Part shown: in pieces, positions 35,647-47,559 of the stretch
How positions within the stretch are numbered: position 1 is the first letter of the stretch
How the letters are laid out: the number at the start of each line of letters is the position of its first letter
NCBI GenBank assembly: GCA_013115125.1
Contig: JABANN010000123.1
Span: forward strand, 1 to 64,000
Reading direction: 5' to 3'
Length of the DNA stretch: 64,000 nt
Origin: Perkinsus olseni
Lineage: Eukaryota
Notes under the pieces: generated by a model
The model's input: the letters and a program-made list of their open reading frames with translations, nothing else
The model's database searches: none
What the model was told of the DNA's origin: nothing
Translations under genes and position numbers: made by a program

Positions 35647-37306
35647 ATGTCGAACCTGAAGGCGGTGAAGACTCGTATGAAGTCCGTGACTTCTATCCAG
35701 AAGATCACAAAGGCTATGAAGGTAAGAGGAGGTTCATTACCGCTCCTTCCACTGATCGCTGCTCGACCGTCTAAGGCCTGTCAGTCGTCCAGCAACGATA
35801 CATTCGGTGTCTTCCAATGCGCTGGAAATGCAGTAGAGTTGTGGCCGCGTTTGAAAATTCTCATCAGGCTACCTTGTAGTGCGGTCGAATGCGTACCAGT
35901 GCTCGGAACGCTGTCAACTCTTTTGGAGCCGGCGCGGTCCGCGTTGTTGAGGTGTCGTCCTGATCAGATGGTTGCTGCCTCGAAACTGCGTAGTGATGAG
36001 GACCGTGTGGTGCAGGGCATGCCCTTCGCTCAGCCAGTGATAGATTTCTTCAAGAGGCTGCCAGTGGACGAGGGCGCCCCCAAGGGTGAGCAGGACTCGC
36101 CTTCGCTGTCAAAGCTTCAAAGCAGCTTCGCTGTCGTGTTCAGGCCCAACCACCCTTATGGGGTTAACGTCTGATAAAGGTCTTTGCGGTGGCGTCAACT
36201 CGTCGATTACCAAGCGGGCCCGCTCAATGGTAGTAGACTGGCCCAGGTCGTTGGTGCCGAGGGCTCCCTTTAGATAATGGAAATCGAGGCCAATGGGGGT
36301 ACGGCCAAGTACATAGGCGTTGGTGGCAAAGGCACAGCGGCATTGAAGAGGCTCTTTGCTGATCGATTTGAAGTCTGCATGGAAGACGTAGGTCGACATC
36401 GTTCCCTTGCGTATCCGAGGTCGATGCTGGCTAGGTGCAAAAGCATCCTTGGAACTTCGCCCAGGCGAGTGCGGTAGCAGAGCGCGTGATTCGGAGCGAT
36501 CCAGATCGTCTGACTATCTTGTCGAACCACTTCAAGTCTGTGATCTCCTTCGACACCTGGGAGAATCGCGTCATCACGCTGAAGGAGTGTCGAGAGATGG
36601 ACAGGGTAGTAGTGATGGCTGTGGTAGTCAGAGTTGGGATAGTCGTCGTATGAGAAGCAGTGGTGGGCGATTGCTAAAGCGACTGTAGTTGTGGTACTAG
36701 TAATAGTACTACTACTAGCCCTTATACTACTACTACTACGAGTATTAGTGGCAGCGCTGATGGTGGTGGTGGTGGTGGTGGACGCGTACCACTGTGTTAA
36801 CCGGCAAGTCTTCAGGGTGAATGGTCGAAGGCCGTCGACCAGTACTCTTTCGAGCCTTCGGTTTTTGAAGTGTTGAATGACCTTCATGACTTCTACGTTG
36901 CCAACTGCGTCTTTGGTTACATGCTAGACTCCATCGCCGCGGAGCAGAGTGCACGTAAGAGCCCCCTCTCCCCAGCCCTGGCCTCTCACCTTAATTGCAG
37001 GTATGTCTGCTATGGAGAATGCCTCCAAGAATGCCGCTGACATGATCGACAAGCTGGAGCTACAGTGAGTGCCCATCCATATCGAACCGGGTCGCCGATA
37101 GACTGCCTCTCCCGAGTTTCAACGGCGCTTCTGGGAGCGTCTTTCACGCGTTAAATTGAACTCGGGGGCGCTCCGGAAATATCGAGAGAAGTGAATCGAG
37201 CACCTTGTAAACTATATGATGGGCGGTTGTCAGGTTCAACAAGGCCCGTCAGTCTAAGATCACCACCGAGTTGTGTGAGATCATTTCTGGTGCCAGCAGT
37301 CTGTAG
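35647..37306 (+). CDS. ATP3: Mitochondrial F1-ATP synthase gamma subunit (about 8 exons)
   Basis: MSNLKAVKTRMKSVTSIQKITKAMK|MVAASKL, TSDKGLCGGVNSSI and AEQSAR|MSAMENASKNAADMIDKLELQ|FNKARQSKITTELCEIISGASSL*. Confidence 0.97.
36605..36781. repeat. Compound degenerate trinucleotide repeats (GTA/CTA/GTG) in an ATP synthase gamma intron
   Basis: gtagtagt, actactacta and ggtggtggtggtggtggtg tracts. Confidence 0.8.
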
Positions 37307-38419
37307 TTGCCCTAGTCGGCCTAGCAGTACCGCTGCTACTGTGGTCGTGTGATGACCGTTTCCTGTGCGAGGATGATTGATTGACTCCCATCGAAGTCTC
37401 TCTAGACGGTTGCTGGTTTTTCTCAACATTATCACGACGTAGTTTTGCGTTCTTAATGCAGCCTCGTTCTGAGCGAGTTTCTCGGCAGGCCTCTTTTAAT
37501 GTTGACCCGACACTTGACGTTGGTATTGGCAGCCATCGCTCTCGCGCTGAGGTAGGTGCTGAGGCGTTGATCTCAGTGGCGGTTGATAGTCCCTCGTCAG
37601 CCTGGAAGGTTGTGGTGGATGTGGTGGCTGCTGCTGCTGCTGCTGCGGCATGTGCGCCTGCGAGGACCATCGCCCTACGCAACCCGTCAAGAGCTCTGGC
37701 CTGAGGGACAGAGTGCTCAGGCATGAGCAGAAGATGCAGATCCTCAGGAGGGAGGTGGAGGCGATTGACTGTGACTGTGATCATGACGATAAGGAAAGCG
37801 GGGAAAGTGAGGAATGGCTCGCCTGGGTGGAGATGCATCCTCTCGGCTGGACGATCATAGCCTGTGATTGCTAGGCATGGATGATTCTCTGAGAACGTAG
37901 CCGCTGTCCTCGAATTTGACTCAGCGGTAAACTCGCACGGCGCCGAGACTCCGCTGTATTCACGTTTCTTTGAGCTCTGAAAGGCTTGCCGCATACTCAG
38001 GTCCGGCCGCGAAAGCAACTACTCCTGAGCCCCGATTGTCGCGGCAGTCGAGTGCTTTGAGGGAGGCTTCCCCGTCGGCGAAGAAGAAAGGACAACACAA
38101 GGATCACGTGCGCATCTTCAGCTCGGTTAGAGTGGAACCACCCCTGACCACCGCTGGCTCGCCGGGCGTTACGATAGACTGAGGTAGGCTCTTCGACTTA
38201 GCAGGGGGGAGGGGTTCGATGAGGGCTCGTAGAAAGAATAGAGTGATGTACGCCCGACTGCTGGGTAAAGCGGGCCAGGGTTGCTGACGATACTTCAATG
38301 GTGGTCTTCGCTTACGGGCCGTCCCGTGTCACTGCTGTTGTTCTCCTCTCAGAACGGTTATGTTGTTGGTATGCTGCGTCGCGGAAGGCTTCACTCCGTT
38401 GCTCGGGAGTGTCCCGCAT
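37281..38419 (-). CDS. Hypothetical multi-exon protein with poly-Ala tract; 3' end uncertain
   Basis: ATG at 38419 (MRDTPEQRSEAFRD...) followed by a gtaag donor, and a 245-codon open frame downstream. Confidence 0.35.
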
Positions 38420-39563
38420 GTTGTGGTAAATTCCTGTATAGTCTGATAGTGTAGAGTTGGACACAGTACGACGTCCGCCTTACACTCTTATGATTCGCCC
38501 GGGCAGCTCACTTTCCTTTCAGTGTATCTTTGACTTCCTTATGACGGCCATGTGACCTTATGTCCACTCTGAGGCAGCCACCATGGATCTGTGAGCCATC
38601 GCGGAATAGCGGTCACAGCTTGCTCGTGAGAAGTAAACCAAAACAAGAAGCCCTTGAGGGCCTATCGTAGCTCCTCTATGGCAATGACCAGGCGATAGAA
38701 AGTACGCGCCGGAAGCGTCCATCCAGCTGGTAGTGGCGGTCTGGAGGAGGAATCTATCTGCTATATCTCGGAAAGGTATATTACCGCAACCGCTGAGCAG
38801 ATTTTTGTTATGATCTTTTGAGTTCGGGCGCAGCTATAAAGATGTGCTTCTGAGGCTGCGAAAGGACACTCGGAGTTGCGGTTGAGGTAGCTCACCCACA
38901 GGCGAGCCGCCTGAGACAGCCACTGTGCTTTCGCTCTGTCGTCGAGAGACTACAGTCCACGGAAAGGACCAATTGACTTTCAGGGTTGATCTATCAGGGG
39001 ACTAGGTTGGCTGAGCTCTTTGGAGCGTCTCCGGGCCATAGACGATGAACAACAACAACAACAGCTGTACCTCCCGAAACGCGCATGTGTGTGGGTGAGA
39101 GAGGTTCTGTGATCCACTCCGTTCTCATGGAACTGCTATATGCTCTCCAATGGCTGATGACGTTTGTTCCACGCCGGGATCCGAGTTGTTCATTGAGGCT
39201 TCGTTATCTTGCTGGCTGTTCCAGGCCTCATAATATGTTATTTTACCGTATCTTCTCGAGTTCCATCATCGCCCTGACGATGGTCTCCAGGTAGGTGCTC
39301 AGTCTCTTCTGATTAATGCAGGGATGGAGCGATGCAGCTACCACTCTCAGTCGGAAGTGTAACAAGTGCCATACCGAGAAGCCGCGGTCCATGAGCTTCC
39401 TGCAACTAGGTCTTGAGAGAAGCGATTGTGCATGCAATAGCAAGGGTTGAGAGGTCCTCACCCGCCTTGTTCTCTGTGGTCCTGTGAATAGCGTTTCATG
39501 TTGAGTTCTGCCGTGGGTCACTGCCGTTCTTGAACCTTGGATACTCGCTCAGGCCTCTTTTTC

Positions 39564-40837
39564 ATGCGCGACTCTTGTGGTCTCAACATCATCCGCGCTG
39601 GACTCCTGGGTCTTGCACTAGCCCTCGTAGCATCTACGTAAGTCATCACGTTTCGACTCGAGTGAAGAGTGTCTCGTCAGGCTTTCTGGGTGTGGTCCCT
39701 GTTGCTGTCGTGGCTCTTGGAGTACAGCTGCCCAGGACCAGTGGAGCGAGGGCGTTCGTCTAGAGGACCCGACTGAACTTGTGTCTCTTCCAAGACAATT
39801 GAAGCTAAGGAGGAAGACTCTGACGTCCACTCGTAGGGACGGTCGTACGTGACGGCTGGTAGGTGTGTTTTCCTTCAGTTCAAACGACTACCGAGTTGCT
39901 CACGACCACCACTGCGTCGACTAGCCCGGCGGCTGCTCCAGGGACTACATCAGCCACAGCGGCTTCGACGGAATCGTCCACAACGGCATCGGGATTGAGA
40001 TGGTCTTCTGGCATCCTGAACCAGGTTAGCCGCATCACAACAGAGTCCCCTCGGTCCGAGGTCAGACCCAATCTCTATGACGAGCCTTCGTATACAACAA
40101 CACCTCTAGCTATCACCCAGGCTCCGTCTAGGACTAGGCCTCCGTTATCCACTAGGGCTTATTATAGTGCCAGCCCTCAGCGGACCACTGAGTCTTCTTC
40201 TAGTACCACCCCTCAGCGGACCACTGAGTCTTCTTCTAGTACCACGCCCCCGTACACCACCAGGTCAGCATACCGCCCCAGAAGGCGTCCATATCCCACC
40301 ACGAGACCGGGAAGGGGAGTGATGAATTCTCATGGTCGAGTCACCACTGCGGAACCTATGTCCCACTATAGGCCTGGCCGAAGGAAGTCTCGCAGGGAAC
40401 CGCCGTCAATCCGATGGTCCGGGGTAAGTACCGGGATTTCAGCCTCCAAGGAACTGCCTCCCCCGTTCAGTTATCTGACACGCCCCGACCGGGTGACGAT
40501 CAGGAGTGCAGAATCGAGGATGGGGAGTACTCGGCGGTATTGCGGAAAAGCCTAGTGAATGCTAGAGGCTGCTTCCGAGCTTCACTGCAACTCCAATGCG
40601 GCCCGATGTGAGTTGGCTGGAGTTCACTGAGAGACTGTGGAAGCGCTCAATTTCAGGGGTACGCGCTCGGTGAGTCTGAAGATAATGAGAAGGGAGACCT
40701 TCTGGAAGACTGCCTTCCGGACTATGTATGTGAGGCAGATCAGATGCTCCGCTTTCTTCGGCGCCCTTGATATTCTCGCGAGCACTAAAGAGGAAGGGAT
40801 CCGCAGAATGTGCGAAGAAGCTCCGCAGCGGTCGTGA
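39564..40837 (+). CDS. xGC/4-Cys family paralog 7 (dispersed), with mucin-like S/T/R/P stalk
   Basis: MRDSCGLNIIRAGLLGLALALVAST|LSGCGPCCCRG...|S/T-rich exon|LSDTPRPGDDQECRIEDGEYSAVLRKSLVNARGCFRASLQLQCGPM|GTRSV...QIRCSAFFGALDILASTKEEGIRRMCEEAPQRS*. Confidence 0.75.
40174..40245 (+). repeat. Exact 36-bp tandem duplication encoding PQRTTESSSSTT twice
   Basis: ccctcagcggaccactgagtcttcttctagtaccac occurs twice in tandem. Confidence 0.9.
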
Positions 40838-41494
40838 TGAATCCCCCTTGTGGAAGAACTCAGTCCTGTGTGACATGTTCATGCTCATGTGACATTGTAG
40901 CCTGTCCTTTTGGAGAGATTGTTCAAGTAGCCTGAGCCTTGCGTTCTGCAGTATCGCCGATAGGTGCCCACCGACGATTGCCCGGCAGCGGACAAATGGG
41001 GTTGACGACCCTTGTAGCAGGAGACGTTTCACGATCTAGCTGGGTGGCCTTAGGCTACCAGCCTACGATTGGTAGTCGTCTCAGCCCCCTATGATTCTGG
41101 CCCTCTTGACCTGGTTGGGTCGTTAAGTACCGAAGTCTCGTCACGTCCCCTACTGTGGCTTACTGTTTATCGCACCGTATCGGGCAATCACACTACGGAC
41201 ATGTCGAATCGTCTCGCGCCTTCCGAGATCAGACGAGTACTTCTGTCGAAAAACCATCTCACATCGAAGCCCCTCGTGCCTCGGGCCGGGGCGACCCCAT
41301 ATGCCATAAGGTTCTCATCTCTTCATCGCATTGGCCTTGCAGGTTCTTAACTTCTTCTTCTGAATGGAAGTCGTAGTCTTCGCTCGATTACTCGGGGAGT
41401 CGAAATTGTATCACTCGCGCACTCGGGAGCGTGAGAGTGTTATGGAGTTCGGCACCTAGGAGGTGCAAGGGATTTTTGAAAGAATACGGAGGAT

Positions 41495-42649
41495 ATGGCG
41501 GTTGAGCTGACATCCGCTGGCATTGAGCCGTCGGGCGTGGATATTTACTACGGGGTTTGTTGATACTCGCTGCGACAACCTTTCCTTTTGGGACCCAAAA
41601 GGGCGTGATGTGTCCCTTATTAAGAAAGGGTTAAGTGAAGAGCTTCCTCAGCTGCTCTGGAAGAAGGATGGTTCAACGGAGAAGAGCGAAAGGGAAGAGG
41701 TAAGACGTATGTTGTTCTCTACCCGGTCGGTCATGCGCTCTTCGCGCAAGTCGCAGAGGATGTTACATCCGAGTGGCTCGGGCCGAGTCGTTCACGCCGG
41801 AGGGTTTCTACTTGGCCGTGATCAACCCGGAGCTCACCAGCGCTTACTGGCTTACATTACGGACAACTTTCTGCCTACCGTACGAAGTGCGAGGATTTGA
41901 TAAAGTTGTAGAGGAAGTTCACCTAGGACGGCATAGGAGATGAGTACTCGGCCATCACGAGAGAGAACCTCACAGTATCATGATTCTCGGGCATGTCATG
42001 CGATGTCGTGTTCATTGATACCACTCTATTGTGTTCGAGTGGACGGTGTCATCGCCATGTATCGTCTCCTCGCCTCGAGTGAGAACGGAGCTGCTTCAGA
42101 AGTGAGCATGTATTGTACATCGCCATGTAGCCCAGATCCTTACGGATAGAGGGGCTGCCGTCATCTCTACTTGCATTCGAATTTTGATGAAATCAAGATC
42201 TGTTTTACGGATGGCTGCGTGGCTCAGGTGGAGAGCCTTGCTATCGCAGCAGTCTCAACTTCGTGGGATGAGCGAGCCTCGAAAATTCCTCGACTTCTCT
42301 GCATGCTCACCGTCTCCTGCCAACTGAAGTCGCACGAGTAATGCATCCGGACTCAAAGCCAGAGACGTTACTTTCCCATCTGACTCTGCGATGCCCAGAT
42401 TCAGTCCTTCTAGTCTTGGCGGGTCATGAGTTCGACGAGGGTTCTTCATCATTGAGATGTTCTCGAGTTGCGTTCAAGAGGCGGTGGCCGGGAGTTTCCA
42501 CAGCAACATACTTCTGGCGCGATAGTTTTACGCCCAGCCCCTATGTCGACAGCTGTACGGCCTTCCAAGGAGAGTACCCTGAGGACAGCGATGCAGAGGT
42601 ACCGCTACAGCTGCTACGGGGCTTTCTCAAAAGGCGCTCCTCAGTCTAG
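41495..42649 (+). CDS. Hypothetical multi-exon protein
   Basis: Run of open frames bounded by GT-AG sites; no recognisable motif. Confidence 0.35.
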
Positions 42650-42849
42650 TAGCGTGACCCGACCAACCCATCGTGGTACCAGGTTCTCACACTTGAATAA
42701 ATCGTTGCGCATCACGTGGCATCACTGGGCTAACTCAGCCGTCCCCTCCCGGACTCCTCAGGTTTGCACTCTCCTCCTGCATCGAACCTCTAGTAGTGGT
42801 CACATCAACAGCCTGGTTCGCCATTCTCTCCGGGATAAGCCCAAGCATG

Positions 42850-45137
42850 TAAGCTTTGCTACGATTGGCCTCATAGTGCGCTCTTATCACGGGTCATCTC
42901 CATTGTCTATTCCACTACGACGGAATATCTCTGTGGGAGTTGTGGTCTAAGACCACAACCAGCGACTCTCTGGCTGTCGACTTCGGTCACGCGTTGCATT
43001 TGATGTACACGAGTCAAACTAATGGTCCACGGTGCACTTCAGAATTGCCCCCGACCGGCGTCGTGATGGTCTACTCAGCTTTGGAATACCATTTTCTCAG
43101 GAACTTCTCCGAAGGAGTCGATGATCTCACCGCTGCTCTGGGCGGTGGATTGCCTCGGCCAATTTGTGCGGGCATACACTGGGTACGTGTCGTCAACTGA
43201 GTAAATCATACTGCAATGCATTCTGTTTGTAGATCCTCTGCATGGCCGCTCCCTTGGGATCCCTATGTTTGCTTTTGTCCGTTATACCCGCGTTGGGGAA
43301 CCGAGCCCTGATGACCGCGGGAGCGTCGTTGATGGCGATGGTGGTGGTCTATAACGTGACCGTTAATTCCATCCTGTCTGGTAAGGCCATTCGGGATGAG
43401 CGGAGCGACGCGGTTGCTTCCCTAGCATGCCCAAAGTCGTATGCCTCTCGATTGACGACTGTGATTTTGAGGGGCGGAGCCGATCCGCGCCCCTCTTCGT
43501 CCGAGGCAGCGTACGAGTCTGGACGAAGCCCGAGAATCCTAAAGTCGATGCATGACTGCCACGGACGCACCCTCTCTCAGGTTGTGACACTCTGCAGCTG
43601 CTACACAGCGCGCTGTTCGTACTGACTATGAGAGTCTTACCACGAGTCGCCATGGTCAGCGATGACGAGTCGGGCTTCATCAGATGGGTACGACAGATCG
43701 CTCGTAGCCTCCGTAGCTGACAGCATCCCTCAGCTCGTCACCACTCGGCCGTGGTCCTTTACCGCGGTCCTACTGCCCCTCGCTGTCACCGCAGCCACCC
43801 TAGACTGGTGGGGCATAGAGATCAAGTCAGTTGGACGGGCAACAGAAGTGGTGAGAACCCGCATCCAGCTCCGATCGGCCCGCCAATGGCCACGTTCGTC
43901 AGATCCTCTCAATGGTTCTACTGCAAGCCGCAGCAAATCAGATGAACTCCCTCGCTGACTGGCGAAGCGGCGTCGACAAGGCGGACTCGGCCACCTCGGA
44001 CATGACCGTCCTCAGTGGCCTCCTGCCCGTCAAAGCTCTGGTACCTGGCTTGAATAGCAATGCATTGCTCAACCTTCCTTTCTCCCAGGTCATCTCGTCC
44101 GCGGCCTCCTTGGCAACGTTCGCAGTCGTCTTCGCGGACTGTGCTAGGGATGTAGACGAGGCTTACTTCGCTATCGATAAGTGGATCGTCGTCATAGGTG
44201 TTGTATTGAGCGTAAGGGGAACAACTCCTGCTTTGATGATCCTCCATTACTGGTGTCAGATAATCTACACCGTCTTCCCGATTCCCTTGAAGTACATTGG
44301 ATTGGGCGATGTCGTTGTGTGAGTTGACGAATTTGTGGCGGCAGTTGACGTCGCTGGGCCTCCTCCAGGTTCATGTGTTTTGGCCCGCTCAGTGTGGCCC
44401 ACTTCACACTGAGTCTCACAGATCCCGAACCGTCCTTCTCGAGAATCGGCGACGTGGTCCTCTACACTCTTCCGGTGGCCCTGATCGTTACAGTGGTAGC
44501 GTCACACCAGCAGCTTTGTGCATTGACTCTCTTATTCGGCAGATCCTGAGCGCCAATAATATCAGGGACATGACGGAAGACTGGAAGGCCGGCTGCTATA
44601 CATTCGAGGGCATATTGGGGAGGAAGGGCAGCCGAGCGTACGATGGGGGTCCGCTCTTCCCTGATCCAGCGCCTGGTCGTTATTGTTAGTCTTTGTGGAG
44701 TACCGTGGTGCACTTAATTCAGGTATTTTGCTGGGCTAATAATCGCAGCACACGCGCTCTCCGTCTCGCTTGCCGTCCATCGTCGATGCTATGGCCTTTT
44801 ACTGACACTTCTAGCCTTGCCGAGGTCTATCTGGCTAATGTGATAACAGAGCTCCCTGTCCGTATTTCACAATCGTTCTTCAGAAAACGTGTTTGCTTCA
44901 CACCCGAAACCAGCGAAAAGTTCAAGGTCGTCGACCAAGCCGCAGCTCATACCCTCCTCATTTTCGGCCTTACGACAGTGCTAGGGATATCAAGCGTCAC
45001 GCAAGAGGCTCAGGTGAGCTCTCCTCATCATCTATGCATTCGCTGCGCTCCTTGATGCATTAGTTGGCCCTCAGGTCAATTTTCCGAGTTTGTTGTTCAG
45101 TTCCCTGATTATAGGCCTACTCCACTTCGTTGGCTGA
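42850..45137 (+). CDS. UBIAD1: UbiA-family prenyltransferase, MenA/UBIAD1 type, with long hydrophobic N-terminal extension (start approximate)
   Basis: TRPWSFTA, QAAANQMNSLADWRSGVD, IYTVFPIPLKYIGLGDVV|FMCFGPL and ILSANNIRDMTEDWKAGCYTFEGILG are MenA/UBIAD1 signatures. Confidence 0.85.
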
Positions 45138-45342
45138 ATTACTGATTGTTTTTTCTTCCGCTTCAGCTCTTATTTCTTCATTCATTCTCGCAGTTTTCAC
45201 TGCCTGCGACGATTGTTCCAAAGTCCATCCAGTTGTGCGTAACGAGTGTTAATTGGCGACGATGTCACTGGTGTCCAGTTTTGCACTAGTGTTCACGGCG
45301 TCATCTAGGGAACTGGGTAGATTTCATTTCAACCAGCTGAGA

Positions 45343-47559
45343 TCAAGCGATCGTGTTCGTTAGCTTGCCATCTTCATGAGCACGAGCATTATCGAAACAA
45401 ATACTTATCATTAAAGAATGCCCGACAATCAATTCAACTCCAATTGGAAGAACCGATATCACCCAATTCTCAAAATCTCCCCAAACCTGAACACCGCTGG
45501 GACAATGCAACGACACCTCAAGAGTCAAGAAACTGTTGATACCGCCGAATTTCCCTTTCCCTCGTCACGTGCCGCACGGAGAAGGTCGAGGATGGTGATA
45601 TTGTCGGTGACATCCTCGGGTAGCTCGCCTGCTTTGTTTTCTTGCGAATTAACTCCCGCGGACAACAGAAGCTCCACCTGCTTGAAGCGGATCAGCACAC
45701 GGCAGCGTCATCATCCTCACCGTTTTCCGATAGCCATGCCTGGCCGCGAAGTGGAGAGGAGTATCACCGGACTCCAGCAGGGGCTGAGTGCACTCGGCTC
45801 CGAGATCGTGCAGCCGACCCACGAGACGAGAGACCATGGCTGAAACACAGGGGCCCCTGTCTTGCTGAGCGAGGCGGACGTCTTACTGTCAGTCCGGACA
45901 ACTCCATTCGCCGGCATAACCGCGAGCAAAACGGGAGTAGCACCCCCGTCCATTCGAGTGTACTGATTCATCGCCGACTTCACGTGTATTGGAACGCTAT
46001 CGGGTGATGCGCCAACATAAGCATTGACGAAGTCTGTGAACTGAGGTACAGCGGGGTACCAACGAGTAGCAACAGTCAGTTACTCACGCTTCGCTCTGTT
46101 ATTATATCGGCCGCCTCCCGCACCAGCAGATGAAAAACATTGTCTCCCGTATGAGGGTTCACTACATCCGCTCGGCACGTGAATGGCCACGATGCTAGGA
46201 CCGAGATGATGGGCCCTGGCCGGTGTAACTGCAGAGAGAAATCGTTGCGCAACGCTCCTCCGCAGCAAGTTGGACTCACCACAGCAGCTGTCATAAGGAT
46301 GGTATATCCAGCCAGTAGGGACGTGCTACAGTCGATGTCACAAAGAGCCAATATGTCCGTTAACTGACGAGGCAGCGATAGCCCCCCAACTCATGAGGAT
46401 GGGGTGCTTGCCTGCTTCGGGTCATCGCATCGTTCCACCGCTATGAAGGCCGCCTCCACTACTTCCCTAGTTCCGGCGCGAGAATCCATCGTGGAAGCCG
46501 TGGAGGTCATATGCTTGACATCAACGGCATCCCTCTCAGCGACCAGCTGCTGATAGAAGTAGCTGAGCCACGAGTGCGCCTTTGGAGGAGCGAATAACAA
46601 CGGCCCTACTCTTCATCGAGGCCACCGGCTCTGAAGTCCTCAAGTCGTGCTTCAAACCGGTCCTGGTCTAACCGCGCCACTTTACGGGGATCATTAACAA
46701 TAGCGTTTATCTAAGTGACCGCAGGTTCGTTCGGACGGTATGCACCCAGACTGTCGTGAACCTACAACTGATCGGAGACGAACAGGGAGGTCATCATATA
46801 CCCCACTCCGCTGAAACTTCCTCGACTTGTTCGCTGGTTTAACTTTGGTGGACCCTGAAGTAAAGCTTCTCCATGACAGTTGAGCCTGTACGTTGAAATC
46901 ATCAGTACTCGGCTCCGAGGAAGGTGCTGAGTCGACCGGAGAAGAGTCGGGAAATGGCGGCGCTGGAGGTGGCTTCGTCGCTTTCACCGCAGTCTTCCAT
47001 ATAATCTGAAAACCCGCTAGAGGACTCTCGCGCGGCTGGTTGTCCTCATTACTTCTCTCTGGCCGTGAGTCCTGACTGCCTCGGAATTGCACAGCGCATG
47101 AATTTCCGACGCAAGCTGAGCGACTAGGCCGTCCGCAGAAAGGCGGGACCCGCTGGTAGAGGAATCTGAGACGCGATAGCGCGAGTTCTCCAACCACTTT
47201 CCGATCTCGGTTTCAGCAGGGCAGCCGCTCACGCTAACTAGAGCGATGGTTATGTTTTCTAGTACGTAGTAACAGCGATGAGAGAACGAAGCCCTAGAGA
47301 CTCCGTGCTGAACCGAAGCTCACCTGGTCCAAGGGATACCGCGGTTACTACAGCGTCGGGGCCGGGGTGCTCCCATTGAATAGTTCCTGTCTGTACGTTA
47401 TAGTAATACCTGGCAATGGAGACTCGAAAATAGGGCGGCTCCATCGGAGCCACCGAAATAGACTCGATTCGCCTTTTCCTGTAGCCCCCTGGCTTACGGT
47501 AGACCCGCATTCGATCCTGCATCGACAGAATACGTATATTGATACCACCGGTTGGACAT
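45343..47559 (-). CDS. WW-domain plus ankyrin-repeat protein (multi-exon)
   Basis: MSNRWYQYTYSVDAGSNAGLP|YYYNVQTGTIQWEHP is a WW domain. GYTILMTAA, TGDNVFHLLV, GATPVLLAV and SGDTPLHFAARHG are ankyrin repeats. Confidence 0.75.

Noticed and set aside
36270-36954. T/S/H-rich ORFs over the ATP synthase gamma gene
   Set aside because: Antisense or intronic reads of trinucleotide repeats.
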